A DNA stretch of 64,000 nt from the human T2T-CHM13v2.0 reference genome, Homo sapiens: NCBI RefSeq assembly GCF_009914755.1, contig NC_060928.1, one strand, 5' to 3'. The position numbers and the translations under genes are program-made. The stretch's first letter is position 1. The number at the start of each line of letters is the position of its first letter. The notes beneath the pieces were generated by a model, which saw nothing but the letters and a program-made list of their open reading frames with translations, did no database searches and was not told the DNA's origin. This document shows positions 1 to 20,767 of the stretch, one piece after another.

Positions 1-101
1 TTCGTGGGCCATCCTACTTTGCACCCTGTGTGTTCCCAGGGGGTTGATTCAGAGCTTGGCCACTAACATTCTAATCCATCTTTCTTTCAGTATGAAAAAT
101 A

Positions 102-405
<304 letters not shown>

Positions 406-846
406 GGAAAAAAAAATAAGCTTTAGGTGGGAAATATCTCAAAGTGGCATTTCCCATGGCTGTCTTTCCTCTGAGAACTAAGGGTTAGGTGTGAACTAAC
501 AAAATGGCTCTCCCTGACCCTCAGTGTGTAGCCAGCCCTGCATGGAAATAAATGCTCCTCCCTGGGCCCCGGTCCCAGTGTCCACACTTGGAGATGGAAC
601 CCAGGTTCCCACGTTTTGGGGAAAACCTGCCGTTGAGAGAATCTGATTGCACAGAGTGAAGCCCATTCTCCCCACACTGCTTCTTAGGCAGCCAGAGACC
701 CTGTGACATTCATGCCTCAGCCATGGTACATGCAGAACTTACCTGCTGCATTTCCTATGTATGTGAGCTAAGCATCTACCACATCATGAAGTAAATAAGG
801 AGAAAATTTTTCAGGTTTTTGCCTGCCTTAAAATTAGCAGCCCCCT

Positions 847-1159
847 GGCCGGGCACGCTGGCTCACACCTGTAATCTCAGCACTTTGGGAGGCTGAGGCG
901 GGAGGATCACTTGAGATCAGGAGTTCGAGAGCAACCTGGCCAACATGGTGAAACCCCGTCTCTGCTAAAAATACAAAACTTAGCAGGGTGTGGTGGCGTG
1001 TGGCTGTGGTCCTAGCTACTCAGGAGGCTGAGGAAGGAGAATTGCTTGAACCTGGAAGGTGGAGGTTGTAGTGATCTGAGATCCTGCCATTGCACTCCAG
1101 CCTGGGCGACAGAGTGAGACTATGTCTCAAAAAATAAATAAATAAATAAAAAATAAAAA
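847..1159 (+). mobile_element. AluS element with (AAAT)n tail, in the last GRK4 intron
   Basis: GGCCGGGCACGCTGGCTCAC head and AAAT-repeat tail. Confidence 0.93.
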
Positions 1160-1259
1160 AGCACCCCCCACCCAAAAGTTTGTAAATGGTTGTCTGCACT
1201 TAAGGAAAGTGAAACCTTCGCATCAGCCGTGTGCCTGAGGCCGCCGCTGTGTGTTGTAG

Positions 1260-1313
1260 GGCTGCCTGACCATGGTCCCCAGTGAGAAGGAAGTGGAACC
1301 CAAGCAATGCTGA
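1260..1313 (+). CDS. GRK4: G protein-coupled receptor kinase 4, last coding exon (GCLTMVPSEKEVEPKQC*)
   Basis: Acceptor ...gtgttgtAG at 1258-1259. Translation matches the recalled GRK4 C-terminus. TGA at 1311-1313. GRK4 is the known upstream neighbour of HTT. Confidence 0.9.
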   Translation, partial: GCLTMVPSEKEVEPKQC

Positions 1314-1392
1314 GCACCCCGGTGCGGACCACAGAGCAGACCCTGGCGCCAGGAAGGAGCATGTGTTAGCGTCTCGTCCCACCTGGAATTGT

Positions 1393-1412
1393 AATAAATA
1401 CATCTAAATAAA
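1393..1412 (+). terminator. GRK4: GRK4 polyadenylation signals (two AATAAA)
   Basis: AATAAA at 1393-1398 and 1407-1412, 80-100 nt after the stop codon. Confidence 0.8.
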
Positions 1413-1520
1413 ACATGCCTTGGGAGTGTACAGACCTTTCTGCACTAATACCTGAGTTGTCTTTTCACTAAAGCTGGATTGAAGAAAAAGCCCCAAGAGT
1501 ACCCCTGAGGCCCCAGACAC

Positions 1521-1644
1521 GCCCAAGTGTGGGCGCCTTCCGTGCTGGGGTGCCCAGGTGTGGGCGCCTTGCGTGCTGGGGTGCCCAGGTGTGGGCGCCT
1601 TCCGTGCTGGGGTGCCCAGGTGTGGGCGCCTTGCATGCTAGGGT
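1521..1644. repeat. 31-bp GC-rich minisatellite, 4 copies
   Basis: Unit GCCCAGGTGTGGGCGCCTT(C/G)CGTGCTGGGGT starting at 1521, 1552, 1583 and 1614. Confidence 0.92.
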
Positions 1645-1959
1645 GGGAGCTTTCCCTGCACCCAGGGAGAGGCCAGCGGGGGCTTGGGAATGGATGACCC
1701 AGCACTGCAGTGCCTCGCGCCACCCCCAGACTTGGTCTCACCACTCGGCCAGAGATGTGGTGGTCCAGGAAGAGAGGGGGCGGCCGGGCCTCCCTTTCCC
1801 CAGGGCCCGGGTGTCAGACAGTCCGAGCCCGTTGGCATTCCTGCATCTCCCGATGGCTGTCCCGTTGCCTTGTGCCCCTCACCGAGATTCCTTCGGTTTG
1901 TGTGTTTGTGGCCAGTTTTCATTTTCTCTGAGCATATCTATCTGCCCTTGAAAGGGGCG

Positions 1960-3130
1960 GCTCCCCATGACCCTGCAGTCAGGGCCTGGCGGCCAGGGCT
2001 CCAGCAGGTGCGCCCGGCATGCGGTGACAGCCTGCACCGTGGGAGTCCACGTCAGGGCCCCCGAGAGGCCGGTACTGTGTCAGGGATGAGGAGCCCGCCC
2101 TCCTGGGCTTTAGTGGCGCTTAGGAGCCTGGGAGCTTCCCGTGGAGGTTAAGGGCGCTGAAACTGCACAAGCTGATGGCTCACAGCAGTGCGTGGTGCCT
2201 CTTCAGCTGGGGTGCTCACCCGCGGGGAGACGTGGCTTTGTGCGCTTGGCGAACCCCACGCCAGGGCGTAGCGGAAGGGTGTGGACCGGCACTGAAGCCC
2301 GCGGAGGCACCCGTGCGTGTGCCAGGGCATGAAGATTTCCCAGGGGGCGACGTTGGAGCTGGGCGGGGAGCGAACAGGAGGGACAGGGAGGGCTGAGGCC
2401 CCAGAGCTGACCCTGCTGAGGGCCCTCGCTGGCGGCCTTGAAGCTGCGCCCAGATCCTTGGAGAAGGTGCGGAACTTGGGCCTTTTTCCTGAACTGTGCT
2501 TCGGCGGATGGGCCGGCCCGGCGCTGGCTGCGGCTTCCGCAGGGCAGGGCAGCACTTGACATGGTGAGGGCTGGTTCAGGGAGGAGCTGACGGGGACACC
2601 AGCCGGGTGCCTTCACCTCCGCCCCATCCTTTCTCCACTGCTGTCAGGGCTGCCTGGAGCCTGCAGCCGGGATCTCTGTGCTGCCTGCTGCGTGAGAAGC
2701 CAGGGCACAGGCCTCGGTGACTTTGAACCAGACAGTGACACATCGGACAGCTGCGCGCGGGAGAGGAACCACAGTGCCTGAGGGACACAGCGCTCCCTGG
2801 GCCGCTTTCACAAGAGCAGCAGGAGCGACCAGGCTTCCAGGCGGACGTTTCCCTTGCATCGGGGTGTGGGGAAAATCAGCTTCCGCAGGTGCCCACCGCC
2901 GGCTCCAGCAGGGGCACTGGGGCCCGTCCTGGGAGGAAAACACCAGCGGGGATGTCACCATGAGGTTGGGAGCCTTCTTTGTACGAGGGGAAGGGGAAGG
3001 GGACGTTATCTTGGAGACTTGGGGTCTTTATTCTTTGGGGGAATGGAAATAGCTTTGCTTTTCTTCTGATTGAGGCAAAACTCATTAAAGAGTAAGGCTT
3101 TTTGGAAGCGGGTGACCGCGGCGGGACTCT
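1960..3130. promoter_or_regulatory. GC/CpG-rich island-like region downstream of GRK4
   Basis: High GC with many retained CpGs (e.g. CGCGCGG, CCGCGG, GGCCGGCCCGG) outside any recognisable repeat. Confidence 0.55.
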
Positions 3131-3557
3131 GGACCCCTCTCCTCTGTGCCTCACTGTCCTCAGCTGCAGAATGAAGATGGCAGGAGTTGGTGCCCCCGGG
3201 ATGCTGAGAGCAGGTTTCAGAGTCTGTAAATCATGTAGCACAGTGTTGAATACGTGGTCACCATTCAGTAACTATGCCAATAATCGTGGGAAAATAATAC
3301 CTGCTCATTGCAGAAAATACAGGAAAACATGCAGGAAAGAAAAATCACCATTATTCCACCCCCACCCCCATTTCCACTCTGACTCTTTCCAGGAGTTCTT
3401 CCATCAGTGTAGACAAAGTCCACAGCAGAATCACAGTGTAGACGACTCTGCTGGGGGCTGGGGACCTGGCTGGGCTGAGGACCTGACTTCCTTGCCAGCC
3501 ACAGGGCCTCTGTAAAGGCCTACCTCGCGCAGGTGTTGAAGTTTAGGGACACCTGCC

Positions 3558-4479
<922 letters not shown>

Positions 4480-4819
4480 CTCCCTCCATCTTGCCTGCTG
4501 AGGAGGAAACTAGACCTGGGAACCGACCAGGGTTGCAGGGCCCAGGGCCCGAGGGCATCGTTCATACCCTGGGCTGGTGGCTATGGAACTAATAAAGTCC
4601 TTTTTGTTTCTTTGTTTCTTTTTTTGCTTAAGCTAGTCTGAGTTAAATTTCCCCATGCCCAAGTGAAAGCTTTGACTGAGAGAAATAAACCTAGGCCAGG
4701 ATTTGTACACAGACCATTTGGTAACTTGTTCAATTAACATGTTGAACATCTCATTTTTCTCTTTCTGTTTATAAGCAAGCATGTATGTATTGAAGAGAAC
4801 TTTGAAATTAAGAAGAACA

Positions 4820-4921
4820 GTGCTCGCTGTGGCAGCATATACACTAAAACTGGAATGATACAGAGAAGATTAGCATTGCCCCTGCACAAGGACGACACAC
4901 AAATTTGTGAAGCGTTCCATA
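4820..4921 (+). pseudogene. U6 snRNA retropseudogene
   Basis: GTGCTCGCTGTGGCAGCATATACACTAAAACTGGAATGATACAGAGAAGATTAGCA...GTGAAGCGTTCCATA: full-length U6 with ACAGAGA box, multiple substitutions, A-rich tail, no recognisable PSE/TATA. Confidence 0.93.
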
Positions 4922-5077
4922 CAAAAATATATTTAAAAAAAGAAAAAACACAAAATCTCGTCTTTAATATTAGCTGCTGTGCATAGGCAATCCGTATCAA
5001 CATTTTGTTTGCTATTTATATAATTAATATAGTGATTTATTTCTCTCCATGTCATTTGGCTGCTTAAATTTTTAATG

Positions 5078-5344
5078 TTTTTTTTGAGAGTCTCGCTCTG
5101 TTGCCCAGGCTGGAGTGCGGTGGCGTGATCTCGGCTCACTGCAACCTGCATTCAAGTGATTCTCGTGCCTCAGCTTCCCGGATAGCTGGGATTACAGGCA
5201 CCACCACCACACCGGCTAATTTTTTTTTTTTAGTACAGATGGGGTTTCACCATGTTGACCAGGCTGGTCTCGAACCCCTGGCCTTAAGTAATCTGCCCAT
5301 CTCAGCCTCCCAAAGGATTACAGGTGTGAGCCACTGTGCCTGGC
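5078..5344 (-). mobile_element. Alu element
   Basis: T tract followed by the antisense Alu body. Confidence 0.9.
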
Positions 5345-5378
5345 CTGCTTAATCTTTTATTACATATTTCAGTCATCC

Positions 5379-6170
5379 ATGATATTGTGAAGTTATATTT
5401 GGTTTTCGTTCAGTCTCCTGGCATATATTTCCCCAAATCCTTGGAATCTTCAAAGTGATGAATGTCTTTTTTGTATGTTAATGAGGTGGCTGGTGGCTCC
5501 TAGACAGCTTCAAGATAGGAGGTGGGGCTGGTCACCAGAAAGAAGAAGGTAGGGTTAGAAGGTTGGGACTCAGCCCTACTCTTGCCCTCTGGGAAGGGAG
5601 AGGGGCTGATGGTTGAGCTGATCGCCAATGGCTAATGATTAAATCATGCCTATGTGATGAAGCCTCCATAAAAACCCAAGAGGACAGGGTTCAGAGAGCT
5701 TCCGGGTAACGTGGAGGTTTCTAGAGGGCAGCGCACCTCCCTTCTACGGGGACAGAAGCTCCTGTGCTTGGGACCCTTCCAGAACGCTCCCTATGCATCT
5801 TCTCATCTGGCTGTTCATCTGTATCCTGTAAAATATGCCTTGTAGTAAACCAGGAAATGTGTTTCTCTGAGTTCTGTATGCTGATCTAGCAAATTAATTG
5901 AACCCAAGGAGGGGGCTGTGGGAACCCCCAATGTTTAGCAGGTCAGTCAGAATCACAGGCCAAATAACCAGGGGCTTGCAGTTGGCATTGGAAACGGGGT
6001 TCAGTCTTGTGGGAACTGAGTCCTCGATCTGTGTGGTCAGGCGCTGTCTACAGGTAGATGCCGTCAGACTTGAATGAGAGGACACCCAGCTGGTGTCCGC
6101 TGCAGAACTGATTGCTTGCTTGTGGGTGGGGAGAAGTATTCTGTGTTGATTCTTGAGTGAGAGAACAGGA
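5379..6170 (+). mobile_element. MER21-family LTR
   Basis: TGATATTGTGAAGTTATATTTGG...CTCCTGGCATA start resembles the recalled MER21 consensus. End approximate. Confidence 0.7.
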
Positions 6171-6832
6171 AAAGGACACTGCGCTTTTCCCCTAGATCCT
6201 CAGGGTGGCTGAATATACATATGGAATACGCTGTAGGAGGAGTTATGAATATCTGTGAGGGGAGCAACACCCAGTGTGCAGTTAGCTTCATGCCTCTTCA
6301 TGGGTCACGTGTTCAAAAAATGTTGGGGTTAGCGTGATCGGAGGATGTGGTTTTCCTCCCTCTGACGTCAAAAGGTGAAGCAGAGGACACGAGAACCCTC
6401 ACTGCACCGCCTCTGGAGACGGCCACGGCCACTGCAGGCTCTGTGGTCTCTTACCAGGAAGGGAAGCATTGCCTGGCCGTGGCCTCAGATGATTGGCTAA
6501 AGGCAATAGAAGAGTGAGATGTCTGTTCCTTTTTTCTAGAGCTGGTTTCTGTTTATTCTTTAGGAAGGCATTCCAGTGAAAGGGTATTAAGGAAGGGGCA
6601 CACTGAGGCGAGTCTGACCTGTCCTGTCACGGCCAGGAACTCAGTTTTTAAGGTTTCTCTGAGGTCTCCTCGACCAAGAAGCGGTCTGCTCAGTTGGCAG
6701 GGGTTTTAGGATTTTCTTATGTACCTCAAGGGAGCAGTAAACATCACATCATAATTTTTTTTTTAACAAAAAAGCACAATATGCACTCAAAACAGTGTTT
6801 GAACATTTTAAAGAATACATATTATATACCTC

Positions 6833-7266
6833 TGTTAAATGAAAAACTTCAGCCAAATTAAATTTAAATGAGTTTAATTGAGCAATGAACGATTCACGAA
6901 TTGGGCAGCCCCCAGAATCACAGCAGATTCAGAGGGACTCCAGGGATACCTCGTGGTCAGAACAAATCTATAGACAAAAAAGGGAAGTGACATATAGAAA
7001 TTGGAGGTGAGTACAGAAACAGCTGGGTTGGTTGCAGCTCGGCATTTGCCTTATTTGGACACAGTTTGAACTCTCAGCAGTGTACGAGTGAAGTACGGCT
7101 GCTGGGATTGGCCAAGACTCAGGTACTGCCACAGGTGCAGACTCCCAAGTGAGGATGTCAGGGTTTCAGTCTTGTCTACCAATTAAGTTAGGTTGCAGCT
7201 CGTCCACAAGGACTCAAATAGAGAAGTATGGAGTCCTTCTCAGGCCATATTTAGTTTGCTTTAACA
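6833..7266 (-). mobile_element. 3' LTR of the MER57-type provirus
   Basis: Minus strand begins TGTTAAAGCAAACTAAATATGGCCTGAGAAGGACTCC. Direct repeat of 16899-17307. Confidence 0.88.
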
Positions 7267-7647
7267 ATTCCACCCTTTTGGTCATTTTCTCAATTTTGAG
7301 AGATTGACCAAAACTTTAGTCATTGATGTCACTATCACCATCGTAAATGTACTTATTTGGTCCTGAAACCCTCTGAGAAACAGTAGAACAGTGAGTTTTG
7401 CAAAGGTAGGAACAAGGACTGAGGGTACCTCCTTATGCTGGAACGTCCTGTTTATAGGGGAATCTGTTAGGATCTATGTGTTTCCTTAAAGTCTTAGTTT
7501 GATTATGTCACATTTAGCATGAGTGACTCCATTTTTGTTTGGCTTAGTCTGTTGGGACATAGTGCATGAGCTCAGTCCAAAACAATGGCCTCCCATAATT
7601 TTATTTTAATAAATTCCCCTTTCTGTCCAGGTTCTCACTTAGGTGAG

Positions 7648-8942
<1,295 letters not shown>

Positions 8943-9859
8943 GGCGAGAGTGTGACCAAAACTTAGGGCCTTAGCACCACTCTCAGTTACCATCGTTTTG
9001 GGTTTCTGGTCTCAGCACGTCATTCATAGGTTACGGTGTCCTCATGGTCACACATTTCTTTCAGCTTCTGCCATTCCAGTTGAAGAGAGACCATTTGTTG
9101 TTCTAGAGATGGCTGCATGCAGACATTTAAAACCTTTGAGAGAATGCAGCGCACCAGGGAGACTATTATTATGATTACTGGGAGGATAATACCAAGAGTT
9201 TGCAGTATGCTCCTTACCCAGGGTCCCTATACACCAAACCACCCCAAATCAAATAGATCAGACAATGAGCTAGATAAGAGGCTACTCACTCAACTAAGTG
9301 GCCTTTTCATTAATCTCCCACAACTGAATCTCTATAATACCTGATGTATTTCTCCCTAGGCCACAGGTGCCAGCAGCTGCACAGGTACTACTTTTCTGTT
9401 TAGTCAATTCTATTATTTAGCATACCTTTCACAAGGGAATTGAAAGTCTGTTGTGTAACTATAGCCTTTACAGTAGAGTCTGCTATACAGCCTATCATGA
9501 GGGATACATTTCTGGTTATGGCCTCTTTTACTCTAAACCATGGAAAAGTGATGCCCTTCTGGAAGAGTAAAGCCCTCCTGGCAATGCCCTCTTTAACCCA
9601 TAGTGTGGGTTAAGAGGAGTGAACCGATATTCTGTTTCTGACTGATTACAGGCAACATATGTCTCATTAAAGTTTCTCACCTACACTGGACCTTCATCTT
9701 TTATCTATCAAAGTATAAAGTTATCCGTGTATAAGGCTGGCTGCAAAATCCTTCACAAATGAAAGTATACCCCATAAGTGCACACAACAGATCGTCTTTT
9801 CATTTCTATTATTCATAGAGGCATAAGCAAGGAACAGATACTCAAAGATAAGAGTCTCA

Positions 9860-10216
<357 letters not shown>

Positions 10217-10624
10217 TCAAGGATGCCATCTTCTGGGGAGAGACTTCCTTGGCTTTACCTTAAAGGTTCCAATGGGTGTACAGTTCCAGGAGTGTGGATG
10301 GACCCTTCTCAGTTGTGAGATTATGAACCCAAGTTTCAAGATCCCTAAGTTTTGTTGCAGTGCGGATGGCAAGGACAGTCTTTCTCTGATGTTCTCAGAA
10401 GATCCAGTCTTCGGGTTCTAGAATGCAAAGGGTTTGACCTCAGTGAACCATAGAAAAATATACTGTAGCATAATAACCTACTGTTAAAACATCAGCCCTC
10501 TTAACATGCGAGAGCTTTTATACAACCCGGAAAACATGCATTGAAAATGACGATTGAATAAAATCCCTTTATAAAATATGTAAATAGCCCAGGGTTATAA
10601 ACTATTTTAGCAATTTGTAAGTTA

Positions 10625-10625
<1 letters not shown>

Positions 10626-10665
<40 letters not shown>
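10626..10665. repeat. (CA)20 microsatellite
   Basis: Counted directly. Confidence 0.95.
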
Positions 10666-10672
<7 letters not shown>

Positions 10673-10772
10673 TTTTTTTTTTTTGAGATGGAATCTCTCT
10701 CTGTCACCCAGGCTGGAGTGCAGCGGTGCAATCTCGGCTCACTCCAACCTCTGCCTCCCACACACCAATGTA

Positions 10773-10904
10773 TTTAATTTGGATTACTTTATCTTTTCCA
10801 TGATGAGTCACGAAATGCAGAACTTTTAATAACAAAAGCTTTAAGGACTCAGGAAGGACAAGGTGGCCGTCCTGGTTCTCCGTGAGTCCATACTTAATTA
10901 ACAT
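10773..10904 (-). pseudogene. Decayed retroviral pol/integrase N-terminal fragment
   Basis: LVLPESLKLLLLKVLHFVTHHGKDK resembles the histidine part of the integrase zinc-binding region, on the proviral strand. Confidence 0.5.
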
Positions 10905-11749
10905 TAGACTTCAGTCCTCTTGAATCCCAGTTGTTTCTCCAAATTAGGTGCATTGCACGGATAACTGATGGGTTATCACAGGTAATTTGACTTAGACCAT
11001 GGATTTCATTCAAATTGTATATCTGAACTATTTCAGTGTCAGCTGATTTAAGATGAAAATCTGGCAAACTCTTTTCTTGGTATTCAATTAATTTTTGTTC
11101 TACTTGGGTTAGCAGTTCTATAAGCCAGTCAGTCTTTTCATTAAAGTTCCAGGAATTCTTACCCAGTTCAAATGATATGATTCTAAAGTTATTAGAAACC
11201 TGTATTCCAAGACTGATTTTTAGGGTCCTTTTCATCCTTTTATGAATCTCCTAAAAGACACCATACTTTTGAAGTTTTCAGAAACCGCACCAGCATTAAG
11301 CAATTAACTGTGGAAATGACTTTAAATAGTCATAGTTAAAAACACAATTGACAAGGAAATTTGGTTATTTCTATGATTTACAGTAACTTAACCATAATTA
11401 TATTGATAGCATAGACTCAGGCATATTAGAATTTTAGAAATCCCATTTAATTTTGGAACATATATTAATATCATTCACTAAAATGTAACCTGAAGAGGAG
11501 TAAACATTATTTTTTGACAATGCTTCCCATGTAACTTAACATATCAGATTATCCCGTTTACCTCTCTTTGGATGCTTTAGGGGATCTCTGTAACACCCCA
11601 AAGTTAGAGGTCAGAAAGACTATTTTGAAGCTGAAATTTGATTTTGGGAAGCCTATCAAATATATTAAAGGTTTAAAACACTTGATGTTATGCTTAACCA
11701 GTTTGACCATGAGGTGAGATTCTTATAAACCTTTTATAATCCCTTACAA

Positions 11750-11752
<3 letters not shown>

Positions 11753-11803
<51 letters not shown>

Positions 11804-12083
11804 AGATGGAGTTTCACTCTTGTTGCCCAGGCTGGAGTACAGTGACAGGATCTCGGCTACCGCAACCTCTGCCTCCCAGGTTCAAGTAATTCTCCTGCCT
11901 CAGCCTCTCTAGTAGCTGGGATTACAGGCATGTGCCACCATGCCCAGCTAATTTTGTATTTTTAGTAGAGATGGGGTTTCTCCACGTTGGTCAGGCTGGT
12001 CTCGAACTCCCGACCTCAGGTGATCCACCTGCCTTGGCCCCCCAAAGTGCTGGGATTATAGGTGTGAGCCACCGCGCCTGGCC
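11753..12083 (-). mobile_element. AluSp-like element with (GT)24 tail; left boundary of the inversion
   Basis: AluSp-type diagnostics (GGTCGGGAG, TGACCAAC, GGAGAAAC on minus). (GT)24 at 11753-11800. Confidence 0.9.
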
Positions 12084-13354
12084 TTTTGCCAGTTTGATAT
12101 TTGGTGCCCCCATGCAGCCAGTTGGGTGGCAACTTGCTGCTCAAATTTAAAAGTTGAGAGGCTTTTGCCTGTGGTTCAATGAAACAAAAAAAGATCATTT
12201 TCCTTTATGATGTGGCTTGGCCCTCAGGGATATGATGTGGAGAGCTGGGTCACTAGGGCTACTCAGGGAAAGGGAATCCAGAAGCCTGGCACACAGCAAA
12301 AGGGTAAGAATTTCTTACCAGTCAGATTTCTGACCTCTCTCTCTCTGTGTGTTCAAACTGGTTGAATGAATTAAAAAAAAAAAATCACTGCTTATCTCCT
12401 CTGTAAAGTTTTGATTAATGGAAAAAAGGATTTGTGAGGCTAATCTCAGGCTGTAGTGAATCTCGTAGGCTTTATGTGTCTTCCCGTGCTGTTCTGTGAT
12501 AAAAAGGGGCGCCTTAGGATAGAACATGGGCTTAAAACCCCATAAGCTTGCTCGCCGCTCAAGATGGCCCAACAAGCTGGTCAGTAACTGCTGCAGATCC
12601 CTGAAACAAACAAAAAAACTAGATGAGGTCTCCATCTTGTTTTAAGTCTTTGGGAGTTTGACCTTGTAACCATGTGGCGGTTACTTGGTCTCCACCTTCC
12701 AAGTGGAACAGGAATTTTGGGTTCATGTCATAGTTAGCTCTACAATCTATCTTGAGTAGTTACGAGGCTTTGCCAGCTGAAAATTAACTACTCTAGACTC
12801 TTTCTGGGAAGGGCAATGGAGACTGCCCAGTGCTATAGTTCAGTGGTGATCTGGGTTTGATTCCTGGCTTAGGGAATGAGTACTTTCTAATTGATATTTG
12901 GGTAACCTTTGCCATTTTTTGATTTTCTCCCCCTCCACAAACTGTCTTGAATTGCCTTTCTCAGAGCACCTGGGAGGTTACTTTCAATAGTTTAAAGGCA
13001 GGAATATCGGCTGTTTGGCCTGATGAAAGTTGGGTAATAAGCAATTTAAAAGAACTTTTATTAAAGAGTGCAATGGTTAAAAGTCAGCTTAATTAAAAGT
13101 AGATATTCTGGCTCTAACAGCCTGGGACTCCTTGGGAAAACAGGAGGTGCCAGAGACCCCGTTTTGGGAAAAAACTCTGTTTTACTCATGAAACCCCAGA
13201 AATTGGAAGTAGATAGATTCCTTTCAAAATCTAAGGCTCTGTTCTGTTTTGCATTGGATTATCTACTGTTTTTTACTTGGGGGTATCAGAAATTACTTCA
13301 CATAGAGACTTGGTGTGTAATAACTAGGCAGGAAATATACTTTAGGGATGTCTA

Positions 13355-15730
<2,376 letters not shown>

Positions 15731-15784
15731 AACAGGGTTTTCTTAAAGCACTGTTCTGCTCTTTCACAAAAATTGTAAGGGCTT

Positions 15785-16027
<243 letters not shown>

Positions 16028-16880
16028 GTCTCAAACTAGCCCTGGGTTGGGCCCTGTCATCTTTAACCCATTTTTAACCCAGAGGGACTTTACTGAGGGG
16101 AGGGCCTCTAACCCAATCCCATGCTTTACTTAGGTAAAATGTACCCCATTACTTATTCAAAGTCAGCCAATTTGTGCTGCAGCCTATCTCCTTTGGATTG
16201 CGATAGTAACTAAGCTAAAAGGTTAGCAGATTTGATTTTTGGGAGCCTTCATTTTTAAATGCATGTCAGTGCACTGTTGTTCATTCAGAATGTTCCACTG
16301 TAGTCATCTTTAGTAAGATTTCACCATTTCTGTAAGACTTCACCACTTTCCATGCCTAACGTGTAAGCCAGAAGGAACCCAGTTTTCCGGAAATTAAGGA
16401 ACCCATTTTTACCTGAATATTGGCTTTACGCTCAGCTTCCCTTGATTAATTTAGCCAATGATTTTTTCCTACCTAAGTGTGCAAGAAAAATGAAACAAAG
16501 GGGTAGAACACAAACATCCCCACGAATTTTCAAAAGCCAAATTTTACACCCCCTGCAATATTACCATTTTCTACCAGTTTCTTTCAGACCCAGTCAGATG
16601 TAAGAGGCCTCTAACTGGATCCAGGCCGGTTAATTACCGTATCAAATCTATTCCTGGACCCATCCATTTTCTTTGGCGACTTCCAAACCCAGTTTGGATC
16701 AGAAATTTGCACAAAGAAAACTCAGAGAGCTCGAAACACAAACTGTGGATCTCCAAAATCCAAGAGAGGACTTATCCATGATCCCCAGCTGCTCTGAGAG
16801 ATCAATGGACACAAGTGTGTCCAGCAGGTACCTTACTTGTTCACTCAGTGCCCCAGGGGTCATTAGAAGCTTTACTTTGG

Positions 16881-16898
16881 ATCCCACTTCTGACACCA
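16881..16898 (-). other. Primer binding site complementary to tRNA-Leu(CAA)
   Basis: Plus strand ATCCCACTTCTGACACCA equals the recalled 3' 18 nt of tRNA-Leu(CAA) including CCA, directly abutting the 5' LTR. Confidence 0.85.
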
Positions 16899-17307
16899 CG
16901 TTAAAAGAAAAACTTCAGCCGAATTAAATTTAAAGGAGTTTAATTAAGCAATGAATGATTCGTGAATTGGGCAGTCCTCAGAATCCCAGCAGATTCAGAG
17001 AGACTCCAGGGATGCTTCATGGTCAGAACAAATTTACAGACAAAAAACGGGAAGTGACGTACAGAAATTGGAGGTGAGGTACAGAAATAGCTGGTTGGTT
17101 GCAGCTCGGCATTTGCCTCATTTGAACTCTCAGCAGTGTATGAGTGAAATATGGCTGCTGGGATTGGCAAAGACTCAGCTACTGTTACAGGTGCGTAAGT
17201 TACAGTTTCAATCTTGTCTACCTATAAGTTAGGTTGTAGTTCATCCACAAAGACTCAAATACAGAAGTACAGAGTCCTTCTCAGGCCATATTTAGTTTGC
17301 TTTTACA
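16899..17307 (-). mobile_element. 5' LTR of the MER57-type provirus
   Basis: Direct repeat of 6833-7266, adjacent to the primer site. Confidence 0.88.
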
Positions 17308-17638
17308 CCTATATGACCAAACTGCCCTTCTGAAAATTTAGAACAATTTCCCCTTTCACCAAAAACGTATTATAATGCCCTGTTGCAGTTTTCACCAAAA
17401 ATCAGGTTTTTCTTTTGGCAAACAATTTCACCAGAAACTAGGTATTTCCTTTTCTTTTCTTTCTTTTAAAATTTGTAGTAAAATACACATAAAATTTACC
17501 ATCTTAATGATTTTTAAGCATAGGGTTCAGAAACAATGTCATACAGTCACCCCCACCATCTATCATTCATTCAGTCAGTTTGCACAGTTAACTCTTTGCA
17601 TCTTGTAAAGCTGAAGCTCTGTCCCCATGAAACACTAA

Positions 17639-18032
<394 letters not shown>

Positions 18033-18159
18033 TGAGCCACTGCACCCCACCCTGTGACTGGCTTTTTCACTTAGCATAATGACCTCAAGGTTCATCCATG
18101 TTGTAGTGTGTGTCAGAATTTCCCTCCTATTTAAGGCCAAAACTATTCCATTGTACATA

Positions 18160-20172
<2,013 letters not shown>

Positions 20173-20659
20173 TACCAATGGTGCACCAAGGTTCCAATTT
20201 CTCCACTTCCTCATAAATAAGTCATTTTAAATGGCTTTTCAGTATTCCAATATTTGGAAGTATTAATGTTTCTACCAATTTTCTATTTTTGGACATTGAG
20301 GTTGTTTCATTTTTTTTTTCTTTTTTTGAGACAGAGTCTCGCTCCGTCACCCAGGCTGGAGTGCAGTGGCCTGATCCCGGCCCACTGCAACCTCCACCTC
20401 CCTCCTCAGCCTCCTGAGTAGCTGGGATTACAGGTGCATGCACCACCACACCCAGCTAATTTTTGTATTTTTAGTAGAGATGGGGTTTCACCATGTTGGT
20501 CAGGCTGGTCTCAAACTCCTGACCTCAGGTGGTCCACCTGCCTTGGCCTCCCAAAATGCTGGGATTACAGGCCTGAGCCACTGCGCCTGGCCTCATCTTC
20601 TTGATATTAATGTTGCTTTAACATCTTTGTCCCTGTGTTTTTTTTTTTTTTTTTTTTGA

Positions 20660-20767
<108 letters not shown>

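Noticed and set aside
4820-4921. Functional U6 snRNA gene
   Set aside because: Multiple substitutions, A-rich tail and no upstream Pol III promoter elements.
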